NCBI GenBank assembly: GCA_963727485.1
Contig: CAVSGM010000011.1
Span: 930,617-994,616 of the forward strand
Length of the DNA stretch: 64,000 nt
Direction: 5' to 3'
Source: an uncultured delta proteobacterium
GTDB taxonomy: Bacteria > Myxococcota > Myxococcia > SLRQ01
Shown here: positions 1-8,961 of the stretch, in pieces
How the letters are laid out: every line of letters starts with the position of its first letter
How positions within the stretch are numbered: position 1 is the stretch's first letter
The notes under the pieces: model-generated
The model's input: only the letters and a program-made list of their open reading frames with translations
Told to the model about the DNA's origin: nothing
The model's database searches: none
Position numbers and translations under genes: made by a program

Positions 1-518
1 TAGTGGAGGCCCAGGGTGATCGAGCCGGTGGTCGTGAGGAGCGGGGGGTTGGGGAGCGCCGGGTTCTGGGCGCCGGTGCCGAAGCGCGCCGCGCCCCCGA
101 GGCCGAACTCGGTGAAGATCTCGAGGTTCTCCGAGCCCGGCGGGTAGTAGGCGATGCCCGGGCCCACGAAGTAGGCGAAGTCGTGGAGCCCGTAGGTGCC
201 CACGGTGGGGAGGACCATGGCCGTGAGGTAGAAGTTGAGGTGCTGCTCGGGGACCAGGATGAGCAGCGCCTTGCCCCCGAAGCTCAGGGCGAAGTACCCG
301 TTGTCGAGGGTGAAGCCGATGAGCGCGGCGAACTCCGCGTTGGGCGCCGCGGCGAACTTCGCCGAGAGCACCAGCGGGGGTGACGCCGGCTGGATGGGGT
401 CCGCCTGGAAGCCCAGGGCGAGGACGTGGCTGGTGTTGTCCTTCGCCTGGGCGCTCCCGGGGATGGCGAGCGCGGCGAGAAGGACGGCGAGACCGAGGAC
501 AGGCCCGTGCCGAAGCAT
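1..518 (-). CDS. Secreted protein, probable small outer-membrane beta-barrel; 3' end runs off the window
   Basis: Not in the ORF track. Manual translation from ATG 518 gives MLRHGPVLGLAVLLAALAIPGSAQA-KDNTSHVLALGFQ...LEIFTEFGLGG...GSITLGLH, open to position 1. It has a signal peptide with an AQA cleavage site, alternating hydrophobic strands and strong GC3 bias. Confidence 0.7.
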   Translation of the reverse strand, partial: MLRHGPVLGLAVLLAALAIPGSAQAKDNTSHVLALGFQADPIQPASPPLVLSAKFAAAPNAEFAALIGFTLDNGYFALSFGGKALLILVPEQHLNFYLTAMVLPTVGTYGLHDFAYFVGPGIAYYPPGSENLEIFTEFGLGGAARFGTGAQNPALPNPPLLTTTGSITLGLH

Positions 519-562
519 GGCCACCGGCTTACCAGACGGGCGGCGGCAAGGCGAGGGGGCCG

Positions 563-1060
563 TCACATCCCCTGCTCGCGGGCCTCTTCGGCCTGGCGCG
601 CGCGCTCGGTGGCCCTCTGGATGGCGGCGGCCTCGGCGGCGTCCTTCACGTGCTGCTGGTGGACGAACCAGGCGATGGTGCCGCCGCCGGCGCCGAGGAC
701 CAGGAGGCCCACCACCGCGGCCCAGATCCACATCGGCGGCCCGCGGCGGGTGAGGTGGAGCTCGGTGTCCATGACCGGGCCGTGGCCGCCGAGGCCCCGG
801 TTGTAGCCCCGGTGGCCCAGGCAATCGAGGGTGGGCGTCGCGCCGCCGGCCCGGGCCTGCGCCTCGCGCTCCTTCTTCGAGAGGAAGGCGTCGGCGTCGA
901 GGCCGCCGGCCCCGTGGACCCGGCCGGTGGGCGCCGCGCCGCGGCTGCCCAGCTCGTCGAAGTCGAGGTCGAGGGCCCGGCGCTGGACCCGCGTGGCCTG
1001 CTCCTCCACCGCCTCGAGGTCGAGCTCGTCCCCGAAGCCGTCGTCGTCACGGTGTCCCAT
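563..1060 (-). CDS. Hypothetical membrane protein (one TM helix near the C-terminus)
   Basis: 165-aa ORF with an acidic N-terminus, TM segment MWIWAAVVGLLVLGAGGGTIAWFV and a coiled-coil-like tail; coding-like codon bias. Confidence 0.6.
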   Translation of the reverse strand: MGHRDDDGFGDELDLEAVEEQATRVQRRALDLDFDELGSRGAAPTGRVHGAGGLDADAFLSKKEREAQARAGGATPTLDCLGHRGYNRGLGGHGPVMDTELHLTRRGPPMWIWAAVVGLLVLGAGGGTIAWFVHQQHVKDAAEAAAIQRATERARQAEEAREQGM

Positions 1061-1338
1061 GGGGCCATTCTAGCCGAGGCGGGCGGGGGATGCTCCGTCC
1101 AGGGTCGCGACAGGGGGGCGGCAATCGTGCAGTCCCCGGTCGATCGGCGAGTTGGTTCACAAGTCACTGAAATCAGTGGGAAAGGCTCGCGCAGCGGGCC
1201 CCGGGGTGCGGGGCGATCACCCGCCGGGGCGGGCAAAGTGTGACAGGCTGGCTCACCTCGGCCCGGGAACCAACTGATCAGGTGCCCTGAATCTCCCATG
1301 ATCCTGGGAGGTTCCCGGCGCCGGAGCGGCGTGGGGGA

Positions 1339-1354
1339 TGGCACGACCCTTGCC
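1339..1354 (+). promoter_or_regulatory. Sigma54 (-24/-12) promoter
   Basis: TGGCACGACCCTTGCC matches TGGCACG-N4-TTGC exactly; it is followed by RBS GGAGG (1371) and ATG 1384. Confidence 0.7.
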
Positions 1355-1383
1355 TTGTGACGAGACACCTGGAGGATCGTCAC

Positions 1384-3387
1384 ATGGACTACGCACCGCT
1401 TCTCGTCGTCGAGCCCGACACCGCCACCCGGAACCTCCTGCTCGCCGGGCTCCGGTCCGCCGGGGTTCCCGCCCTCGGGGCCCGGTCGGCCTACGACGCC
1501 CTGACCTGGTGCACCGAGCTGGTCCCCGGGCTGGTGGTCGCCGAGTCGCGTCTCCCCGACGTCGAGGGTGAGGAGCTGGTCCGGCGCATCCGGGAGGAGA
1601 AGCCCACCCGGACCGTGCCCTTCTTCTTCCTCACCGGCGACGGGGAGCTGGACCTCGACGCGGTCGAGTCCATGGGCGCCCAGGACGTCCTCCACAAGCC
1701 CGCCTTCGTCCGGGACCTGGTCACCCTGGCGCACCTCCACGGCGGCCGCCCGGCGAAGGTCCCGGTGGTCGACGGACGCCTCGAGGCCGTGGGCCTGCCC
1801 CACCTCCTGCGCCTGCTCACCACCGGCCGCCGGTCCGGGCGGGTGGTCCTCTCGGAGCACGCCGGCGAGATCCGCTTCCGCGCCGGCCGCCTGGTCGCCG
1901 CCAGCTACCGGGACCGCCAGGGCGAGGCCGCGCTCCTGCGCCTCCTCACCCTCACCCACGGCGCCTTCCACGTGAGCTATGAGGACGTGTCCGCCGAGGA
2001 CGGCCTCGCCATGACCGTCGACGACCTCTTCGCCCGGGGCTTCACCCACGTGCGCACCTGGGAGCAGGTGGCCCGGACCCTCGGGCCCCTCAATCGCCCG
2101 CGGGTCATCGACTTCCAGACCCTCGGCGTCCGCCTCGGCGAGCTCCCCGACGCGGTGAACTCGGTCCTCCGGCGCTTCGACGGTGAGCGGACCATCGGGA
2201 CCGTCGTCGACGAGTCCCTCCTCGGCGACCTCACCACCCTCCGGGTGGTCGCCAAGCTCAATCGCATGGGCATCCTCCGGAGCCCCGAGGCGGCGGCCCG
2301 CGCCCGGAACTCCGACGCGCCCACCGCCACCGACCGGCTCCTCGAGGGCCTCTTCGGCGACGCGGGCCTCCCGGCGCTGGCCGGGGCGACCGCCGCCCGG
2401 GTCGCCGTCCTCCCGGACTGGACCGAGCGCGGCGAAGACTGGAACGCCATCCTCCCCGACGTCCCCGAACACGAGGATCCCTGGCAGGCCCTGAAGGCCA
2501 CCGAGGAGACCCTCGCCGACCTCGCCGCCGTCGACGCCCCGGACCTGGAGCAGCTCGGGGACACCCCGGTGGACCGGATCCGCGCCGAGTCCGAGGCCGC
2601 CGTCGGGGCGCCGGCCGCCGAGGTCCCGGCCGCCGACGCCTTCGAGGACGCCGACCACGACTTCTTCGCCCGCCCGGCCACCGCCGACGTCGACCCCGTG
2701 GCGCCCAGGCACCTGCCGGTCTTCGCCCTGACCCTCGGGGCGCTGGCGGTGGTGGTGCTGGTCGCCGCGGTGCTCATGGCCCGCCACGTGTCGACCCTGG
2801 CGGCGCCGGCGAAGGCCCACGCGAAGGTCGCGAAGGTCACCCGGGCCGCGCCGGTGAAGGCCGCGGGGATGGTCCTCCCGGCCATGAACGCCGGCCCGGC
2901 GGCGAAGACCCCGGCGCCCGCGGCGAAGACAGTCGCCGTCGCCGACCTCGCCGGTGCCGCAACCGTGGCGGGGCCCGCCGCCGCGAAGCCCGCCGCCAAG
3001 CCCGCGCCGCCGCCGGCCAAGCCCGCCGCCGCCCTCCCGAGCCTCCTCGACGCCGGCCAGAAGGCCTACGCCGCCGGCCACCTCGCCGACGCCGCGCGCC
3101 TCTACCGGAAGGCCATCGCCCAGGCCCCGAAGAACGCCGTGGCCCACCTCGGCCTCGGCCTGGCCCTCCTCGACGACGGCAAGACCGACGCGGCCATCTC
3201 CGCCCTCAAGACCGCCCGCACCCTCGACCCGAAGGCGGCCCGGGGCGCGGTGCTCCTGGGGACGGCCTACCAGCTCGCCGGCAACCGCGCCGAGGCCACC
3301 AAGGCCTACCAGGACTACCTGACGCTCGCCCCGGGCGGCGCCCAGGCCAAGGACGTCCAGGCCATCCTCGCCGGCTGGGCGAAGTAG
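1384..3387 (+). CDS. Atypical receiver + DUF4388 + TM + Pro/Ala linker + C-terminal TPR protein
   Basis: Receiver fold (LLVVEPD...LVVAESRLPDVEG...FFFLTG...VLHKP); DUF4388 signature GRLEAVGLPHLLRLL...GEIRFRAGRLVAA...GEAALLRLL; TM helix; TPR repeats (AVAHLGLGLALL, GAVLLGTAY). GGAGG RBS precedes ATG 1384. Confidence 0.8.
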   Translation: MDYAPLLVVEPDTATRNLLLAGLRSAGVPALGARSAYDALTWCTELVPGLVVAESRLPDVEGEELVRRIREEKPTRTVPFFFLTGDGELDLDAVESMGAQDVLHKPAFVRDLVTLAHLHGGRPAKVPVVDGRLEAVGLPHLLRLLTTGRRSGRVVLSEHAGEIRFRAGRLVAASYRDRQGEAALLRLLTLTHGAFHVSYEDVSAEDGLAMTVDDLFARGFTHVRTWEQVARTLGPLNRPRVIDFQTLGVRLGELPDAVNSVLRRFDGERTIGTVVDESLLGDLTTLRVVAKLNRMGILRSPEAAARARNSDAPTATDRLLEGLFGDAGLPALAGATAARVAVLPDWTERGEDWNAILPDVPEHEDPWQALKATEETLADLAAVDAPDLEQLGDTPVDRIRAESEAAVGAPAAEVPAADAFEDADHDFFARPATADVDPVAPRHLPVFALTLGALAVVVLVAAVLMARHVSTLAAPAKAHAKVAKVTRAAPVKAAGMVLPAMNAGPAAKTPAPAAKTVAVADLAGAATVAGPAAAKPAAKPAPPPAKPAAALPSLLDAGQKAYAAGHLADAARLYRKAIAQAPKNAVAHLGLGLALLDDGKTDAAISALKTARTLDPKAARGAVLLGTAYQLAGNRAEATKAYQDYLTLAPGGAQAKDVQAILAGWAK

Positions 3388-5559
3388 CTAGAACTTCGCC
3401 TCCAGCGAGAGCCAGAACCAGTTCTCGGGGTTGGGGTAGCGCTGCTGGGTGCTGGCGCGCTGGTCCAGCCACAGGACCAGGTCGTAGCGCACGCCCACCG
3501 TGTACTTCTTGTCGAAGCGGTAGGCGGCCTCGACGTAGCTCCCCAGGCTCTCCTCGAGGTACGTCGGGTCGAAGATGTCCTGGTAGAGGTAACGGCTGCG
3601 CAGGGTGAGGCGCAGCTGGTCCAGGGGCTTGTAGCGGACGATGAGCCAGGCCGAGGCGTCCTGGCGAAACGCGTTGTCGTAGTGGGTGTCGTCGAGGAGC
3701 TGGTGCTCGTACTGCACCGACACCGAGAGGGTCTTCGTGGGCTGCCACCGGGCCCGGGCGATGGCCTGGTACTCCTCGCCGCTGCAGGGGATCGACTGGC
3801 CGTTGGGATCGGTCTGGTTCGAGACCGAGTAGCACTGGTTGCGGCCGCCCACCGCCAGGTTCTTGTTCTCGTACTTGAGCCAGAGCCCGGCCTGCCACTG
3901 GTCGGTGAGGTCGTAGTCGGTGTGCTCGTAGACCAGCAGGTTGGAGACCCCGGTGGTCGGGGTCACCCAGAGGTCGCCCAGGGCCCGGACGTTGAGGCGC
4001 CCGGTGGGCGCCCCGGCGTAGGAGAGCCGCAGCCCCGCCTCGTCCTGGGCGCGCAGGCCGTTGCTCTCGTCGGCGGCGGAGATGGGCCGGGCGTGGGGGT
4101 TGGCGAAGCCGGGGCCGTAGTAGCGCAGGTCGGCCTCGATCTGGTTCTTCTTCCAGCTCGCCGTGGAGCGCAAGAGCGCCCCCATGCCCCCGCCGCCCCC
4201 GGGCATGGAGTCGAAGGAGCGGGTGACCTCGGCGAAGACGTCGAGGAGACCCCGGCCCCAGGCGGCGTCGGCGCCCACCGCCCCGAAGGGCCCCCCATAG
4301 GGGACGGGCGCCCACTCCTGGAAGTCGAGGGACGCCCCGGGGACAAGCCAGCTCACCGTGGAGGCGTAGCCGGTGACCCCCACGTGGGCCCGCTCGCCGA
4401 AGCCGTAGGTGACGTTGGCGCCGCCGAGGGTCTCCTCGTAGGCGTCCGGGAGGGTCTGGTAGGAGAAGCGGGCCTGGGGCGCGGTGGCGCTCCCGTCGAA
4501 GACGTAGACCGGCGGAGCGGCGCAGCTCGGGTCCTTGTTGTTGGTCGGGTCCGAGCACTTGGTGGGGTCGTAGACCTCGTACTGGTAGATGGAGTTCGAT
4601 TGGCTGGAGAAGAAGGCGTAGGCCTGCAGCTTCCCCGGCCCGAGCGAGAGGTCGTGGAAGCCCGCGGCCACGCCCCGGAGCCGGTCGGTCCACTTGTAGT
4701 CCGGGGTGACGTACTGGGAGCCGGCCTGCCCGGTGCACGGCGAGGTGGCGAGGTCGCCGGCGGACTCCCGGCAGCCCGTCACCAGGGCGCTGTCCCGGTA
4801 GACCGTGTCGTCGGCCTGGAACCCGTTGGGCGTGAGGTCGCTGGTGGTGTCGAAGGTGAGCCGCTGCCCGAAGCCGATGCGGTAGGTCCCGGCGATGGCC
4901 CCCCAGTCGCCCTGCTGCCACTGGGCGTAGTACTTGCGCAGCTGCAGCTCGGGGACCGCGGCGGTGGCCTCGAGGCGGCCCCGGGTGGCGTCGAAGGTGA
5001 CCCCGCCGATGCGGTTTCGGGTCACGAAGAAGGCGGCGCCGGCCTGGAGGTGTGAGAGGGTGTTCACCCGGCCCTGGAGGGCCATGGTGGGCAGGCGCGC
5101 GTCCCCGAGGACGTCGTAGGTCTGGTACTTCACGTCGCCCGTGGTGGCGAAGTGCATCGCCGGCTTCGCCGGCCCCTCGGTCACCAGGAAGGCGGCGATG
5201 GCCGCGGCCTTGCGCTTGGTGAGCACCCCCGCGGTCACCAGGGACGCCGGGTCGGAGATGTGCCCCACGTCCTTGCGGTAGGCGAGGATGGCGTCGACGT
5301 CGGCGTAGGTGAGGTTCGGGAGCCGGTAGAGCTCGTCCCGGCTCGCGGTGTTGAGATCCACCCCGGACCGCATCAGCTCGATGAGGGTGTTGAAGGTGGT
5401 CTGGCCAATCTCGTCCTGGTTGAGCAGGTCGTAGAGATCCTGCTCGGTGTCGACGTCGACGAAGGTCTCGTACTGGGCGGCGAAGGCCGGGGCCGCGCGG
5501 AGCCAGAGGAGGAGGACGAGGAGGGCGTAGGGCGAGAGACGACGGATCACTGGAAGCAT
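3388..5559 (-). CDS. Helix-hairpin-helix (ComEA-like) domain fused to a predicted outer-membrane beta-barrel
   Basis: Start ATG 5559 (MLPVIRRLSPYALLVLLLWLRAAPAFAA, signal peptide). HhH signature VDLNTASRDELYRLPNLTYADVDAILAYR, then many Tyr/Trp-rich amphipathic strands, ending FWLSLEAKF (terminal-Phe beta-signal). Confidence 0.75.
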   Translation of the reverse strand: MLPVIRRLSPYALLVLLLWLRAAPAFAAQYETFVDVDTEQDLYDLLNQDEIGQTTFNTLIELMRSGVDLNTASRDELYRLPNLTYADVDAILAYRKDVGHISDPASLVTAGVLTKRKAAAIAAFLVTEGPAKPAMHFATTGDVKYQTYDVLGDARLPTMALQGRVNTLSHLQAGAAFFVTRNRIGGVTFDATRGRLEATAAVPELQLRKYYAQWQQGDWGAIAGTYRIGFGQRLTFDTTSDLTPNGFQADDTVYRDSALVTGCRESAGDLATSPCTGQAGSQYVTPDYKWTDRLRGVAAGFHDLSLGPGKLQAYAFFSSQSNSIYQYEVYDPTKCSDPTNNKDPSCAAPPVYVFDGSATAPQARFSYQTLPDAYEETLGGANVTYGFGERAHVGVTGYASTVSWLVPGASLDFQEWAPVPYGGPFGAVGADAAWGRGLLDVFAEVTRSFDSMPGGGGGMGALLRSTASWKKNQIEADLRYYGPGFANPHARPISAADESNGLRAQDEAGLRLSYAGAPTGRLNVRALGDLWVTPTTGVSNLLVYEHTDYDLTDQWQAGLWLKYENKNLAVGGRNQCYSVSNQTDPNGQSIPCSGEEYQAIARARWQPTKTLSVSVQYEHQLLDDTHYDNAFRQDASAWLIVRYKPLDQLRLTLRSRYLYQDIFDPTYLEESLGSYVEAAYRFDKKYTVGVRYDLVLWLDQRASTQQRYPNPENWFWLSLEAKF

Positions 5560-6044
5560 GGGCCTCCCGTACAGGCGCCCCACATGCCGCGGAGCTGCTG
5601 CTGGGCCGTGGACTGCATCTGCTGGTACGAGGACACCTTGTCGGTGCCGGCGGGGGGGATGTAGTCCACGCAGGCGTAGCCGCGTTGGACCTCGAGGGCG
5701 TTGACCGATTGGCCGCCGACGCTCACGTAGGCGAGGGTCCGGCCGAAGCGGTCGGTGCACTGCTTGGGGTCGTAGGTGAGCTGGACGTCCTTGCCCTGGA
5801 CCAGATCGACGTTGTAGGCCCGCGCCTCCTGCCCGTAGCAGTCATGGTGGCCCTTGGTGATCTCCTGGGCGTTGATGAGCAGGTAGCGGATCTTGGTGCC
5901 GTCGGCCATGACGATGGTGTCGCCGTCGATGACCTGCTGCACCACCCCGTGGGACGGACCGCAGGCCTTGGGGCCACCGCAGCCGGTGGCCCACAGCACC
6001 AGACCCATCAGCCCGGCGAGGACGACTGGCGCTCGCTGGCTCAC
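5547..6044 (-). CDS. Thermonuclease (SNase) family lipoprotein
   Basis: GTG 6044 overlaps the upstream TGA. Lipobox-like WATG-C; SNase motifs VIDGDT, IRYLLINAQE, DRFGRTLAYV, RGMW. Confidence 0.85.
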   Translation of the reverse strand: MSQRAPVVLAGLMGLVLWATGCGGPKACGPSHGVVQQVIDGDTIVMADGTKIRYLLINAQEITKGHHDCYGQEARAYNVDLVQGKDVQLTYDPKQCTDRFGRTLAYVSVGGQSVNALEVQRGYACVDYIPPAGTDKVSSYQQMQSTAQQQLRGMWGACTGGPCFQ

Positions 6045-7702
6045 GGGCAGGCGACGTTCACGGTCCCGGGGGTCCCCAGGTCCCCGTCGCCGTAGGCGCT
6101 GGTCCCCGGGCACCACTTGCCACCGGCGGGATCGAGCTGGGTGGAGGCGCCGCTGGTGGAGCTCTGCCAGGTCGTGGAGTCGAGGAGCTGGCCCCCCTCG
6201 GCGAGGAAGAGCCCGCCGCTGGAGTTGGTGAGCCCGAAGGAGAAGGGCTCGTCCACCTTGGGGATCCCACCGTTGGTGGTGGTGTCGGTGTCGTGGGCGA
6301 AGACCAGGTAGGTGCCGGCGGTGACGTGGATGCACTTGGGCCCGTCGAGGGTGTCCTGGACGGTGATGGTGTTGGGGTCGCTGCCGAGCTGGAGGCCGTT
6401 CAGGTCCACGTCGGCGTTGGCCTTCACCTCGAACCACTCGCCGCTGGCGTCGCTGACCTTGGAGGGGTTGGCCATGTACTCGGTGATGGTCAGGTCACCG
6501 ACCTTGGGCGGGACGATGGGGCGCACCGTGCCCGCGTCGTCGCACGAGCCGGCCGGGACCACCGGGGGGCAGGCGGGGTTGACGGCGCCGGGGGTGCCCA
6601 GGTCGCCGTCCCCGTAGGCGTCCACCGCCGGGCACCAGTTGGCCGGATCGTCGTTGGCCGTGGGGTCGGTCTTGGTGGGGTCGAGGGAGAGCGAGGCGCC
6701 GGTGGGCGAGCTGGTCCACTGCACCTGGTCGAGGACCGCGCCGTCCCGGCCGATGAACACGCTGCCGCCGGAGTTGGTGAGCCCGAAGGAGAACATCCCG
6801 TCGACCTGGGGCAGCCCACCGTTGACCGTGGGATCGGTGCCGTGGGCGAAGACCAGGTAGCTGCCGGCGGTGGCGTGGAGGCAGGTGGGATCGGAGAGGG
6901 TGACCTTGGGCGAGCCGGGGGTGGTGCCCATCTGGAGACCGTTGAGGTCGACGTCCTTCTCCACCGCCACCTCGAACCACTCGCCGTTGGAGTCGCTGAC
7001 CTTGTCGGGGTTGGGCATCACCTCGGAGATGACCAGGTCGCCGGGCTGGGGCGCCACGATGTCCCGGGCGGTGCCGCCGTCGGTGCACTGGGTGGGGCTG
7101 GGGCCGCCGGCGCAGACCTCGTTGGCCTGGCCCGGGGAGCCAAAGGAGCCGGTGGTGTACTCGTTGGTGGAGTTGCACCAGTTGTTGGGGTCGTCGTTGG
7201 CCTTGTAGTCCGGGGCGCTGGCGCCCGAGAGCTGCCAGGAGATGCCGCTGCTCATCGAGGAGTAGGTGACCTCGTCGATGGTGGCGGCGGCGCAGGTGAT
7301 GGCGATGCGCCCGTCGGTGTTGCGCAGGCTCCCCAGGTTGTTGCCGTAGGAGAGCTTCTCGAAGGTCGGCAGGCTCTTGGGGTCGGCGTCGCCCACCACG
7401 AAGTAGCCCCCGGCGGGGATGGTGCCCGAGGGGATCACGTAGTCCTTCTCGCCGCTCTTGTCGGCCTTGCTCACCCCGAGCTGCACCCCGGCGAGGTTCG
7501 CCGCGGTGCTCTTGGCGTTGTAGATCTCGAACCACTCGTTGCCGGTGTCGGTCCCGGCGGGGTTGGCCATGATCTCGCTGATGACCAGGTCGCCGGGGAG
7601 GTAGCCCTTGCAGGTGGGGGCGCTCGGCTTGGGGGGGCCACAGCTCGCCAGGGCGAGGAGTCCTGTGAGGGCGCCGACGAAGAGGCGGGGAAGTCGGGTC
7701 AT
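6041..7702 (-). CDS. Lipoprotein with three tandem lamin-tail domains (LTD)
   Basis: ATG 7702 (ATGA overlap), lipobox LLALAS-C. Three units begin GDLVISEIMANP / GDLVISEVMPNP / GDLTITEYMANP, carry EWFE, and end G[ST]PGxxNxxC. Confidence 0.85.
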   Translation of the reverse strand: MTRLPRLFVGALTGLLALASCGPPKPSAPTCKGYLPGDLVISEIMANPAGTDTGNEWFEIYNAKSTAANLAGVQLGVSKADKSGEKDYVIPSGTIPAGGYFVVGDADPKSLPTFEKLSYGNNLGSLRNTDGRIAITCAAATIDEVTYSSMSSGISWQLSGASAPDYKANDDPNNWCNSTNEYTTGSFGSPGQANEVCAGGPSPTQCTDGGTARDIVAPQPGDLVISEVMPNPDKVSDSNGEWFEVAVEKDVDLNGLQMGTTPGSPKVTLSDPTCLHATAGSYLVFAHGTDPTVNGGLPQVDGMFSFGLTNSGGSVFIGRDGAVLDQVQWTSSPTGASLSLDPTKTDPTANDDPANWCPAVDAYGDGDLGTPGAVNPACPPVVPAGSCDDAGTVRPIVPPKVGDLTITEYMANPSKVSDASGEWFEVKANADVDLNGLQLGSDPNTITVQDTLDGPKCIHVTAGTYLVFAHDTDTTTNGGIPKVDEPFSFGLTNSSGGLFLAEGGQLLDSTTWQSSTSGASTQLDPAGGKWCPGTSAYGDGDLGTPGTVNVACP

Positions 7703-8877
7703 GGGATCACCTTGGATCGGGCCGACACCTCGGGGGGTGGGGCCATGCGGGGGAGGCCGGGCACCGGCGCGCCGACGACCTGGCTCGGCAGATCGACGAC
7801 GATCTCGAGGTTGGTGCGGCCGGTGTAGTGGTTGTGGTAGCGGGTCACCTCGCCGGTGACCTCGACGAACTCGCGCTGGTACTGGCCGATGTTCGAGACG
7901 CCGTAGACGTCCTTGTCGAAGAACACGAGGGGGAAGAGCTCGTGCATCCGCCGGGCGAGGAAGACCAGGGTGGGGCCCCGGTCTCCGAGCTTGATCTTCG
8001 CCACCGTGCCCAGGATCGTGACCTTCCGGCCCACCAGCTGGCCGAGGCGCTTGAAGGCGTCCCAGTGGGTGAGCTCGACGTAGCTCGGGTGCGTCTTCAT
8101 CTTCGCCTCGAAGTCGCGGATGAAGTCGCCCCGGGCGTTCCACCAGGCGAGGCGGGCCGGGTAGTCGGGGTAGTGCCTCCGGGACGGGTCCCAGATGCCC
8201 CGGTGCTCGGCCCGGGCGGCGGCCTGGGCCCGGCGGAAGGCGGCGTCGAAGCGCCGGGAGTAGCCGTACTTGGTGAAGTAGGGGGTCATCCCGGCGCGGA
8301 CGGCGGCGAGGTTGTAGTTCACCCACCGCCCGTCCTTCTTGGCGAAGACGTAGACCAGGTACCGGTCGTAGAAGCCGCGGATCTCCTGGGGGTCGTCGCG
8401 CTCGAGGCGCACCGTGGTCACCCCGGTGAAGAACCGCTCGGCCCAGCGCTTGGCGTCCATGCCCAGGGGCGTGGCGTACTTCGCCGGGCGCAGCTTGTGG
8501 CCCTGGATCACCTGCTTGTAGTGCGCCCAGCCGGTCTGGAACAGGCGCCGCTCCTTCTTGTGCTTGAAGGTCTCCTCGGTGTCGATGGCCAGGAGGCGCA
8601 GGGTGGTCCTGAGGCCCTTGACCCGGATGGTGTCCCCGTCGATGACCGCCCGGCCGGGGTCGAGGGGGAACTCGCCGAGGACCAGCCCCGGCTTCTCCAT
8701 CCGCGCGAGGGTGTCCTGGAGCTTCGCCCGGGTGTAGCGGTGGTGGCGCCCGGACCCCGCGGGCCCGGCGCAGCCCGTCACCCCGAGGGCGAGGGCCAGG
8801 GCCCCCAGCACGCCCGCCCGGCCTCGGCGGCCTTGCGGGGCGCAGCTAGGACGTTGGATGCTGGGGATCCCGACCAC
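7699..8877 (-). CDS. Thermonuclease family lipoprotein with probable C-terminal OB-fold
   Basis: Lipobox-like GVTG-C; VIDGDT, LRLLAIDTEE, YDRYLVYV, RGIW. The C-terminal beta-rich segment VTILGTV...VEVTGEV...LEIVV resembles a nucleic-acid-binding OB fold. Start codon uncertain. Confidence 0.8.
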   Translation of the reverse strand: MVGIPSIQRPSCAPQGRRGRAGVLGALALALGVTGCAGPAGSGRHHRYTRAKLQDTLARMEKPGLVLGEFPLDPGRAVIDGDTIRVKGLRTTLRLLAIDTEETFKHKKERRLFQTGWAHYKQVIQGHKLRPAKYATPLGMDAKRWAERFFTGVTTVRLERDDPQEIRGFYDRYLVYVFAKKDGRWVNYNLAAVRAGMTPYFTKYGYSRRFDAAFRRAQAAARAEHRGIWDPSRRHYPDYPARLAWWNARGDFIRDFEAKMKTHPSYVELTHWDAFKRLGQLVGRKVTILGTVAKIKLGDRGPTLVFLARRMHELFPLVFFDKDVYGVSNIGQYQREFVEVTGEVTRYHNHYTGRTNLEIVVDLPSQVVGAPVPGLPRMAPPPEVSARSKVIP

Positions 8878-8961
8878 GGACCCATCATCCTACCGTACCT
8901 GCCACCTGGGGCCCACCGGCCCCGGCAGGTGTCACCCCCAGTTCACCCGAGGGAGGGCGCC

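Noticed and set aside
3385..3390. Abutting stop codons of convergent genes (TAG/CTA) as a functional signal
   Set aside because: Common in compact GC-rich genomes; no further evidence.
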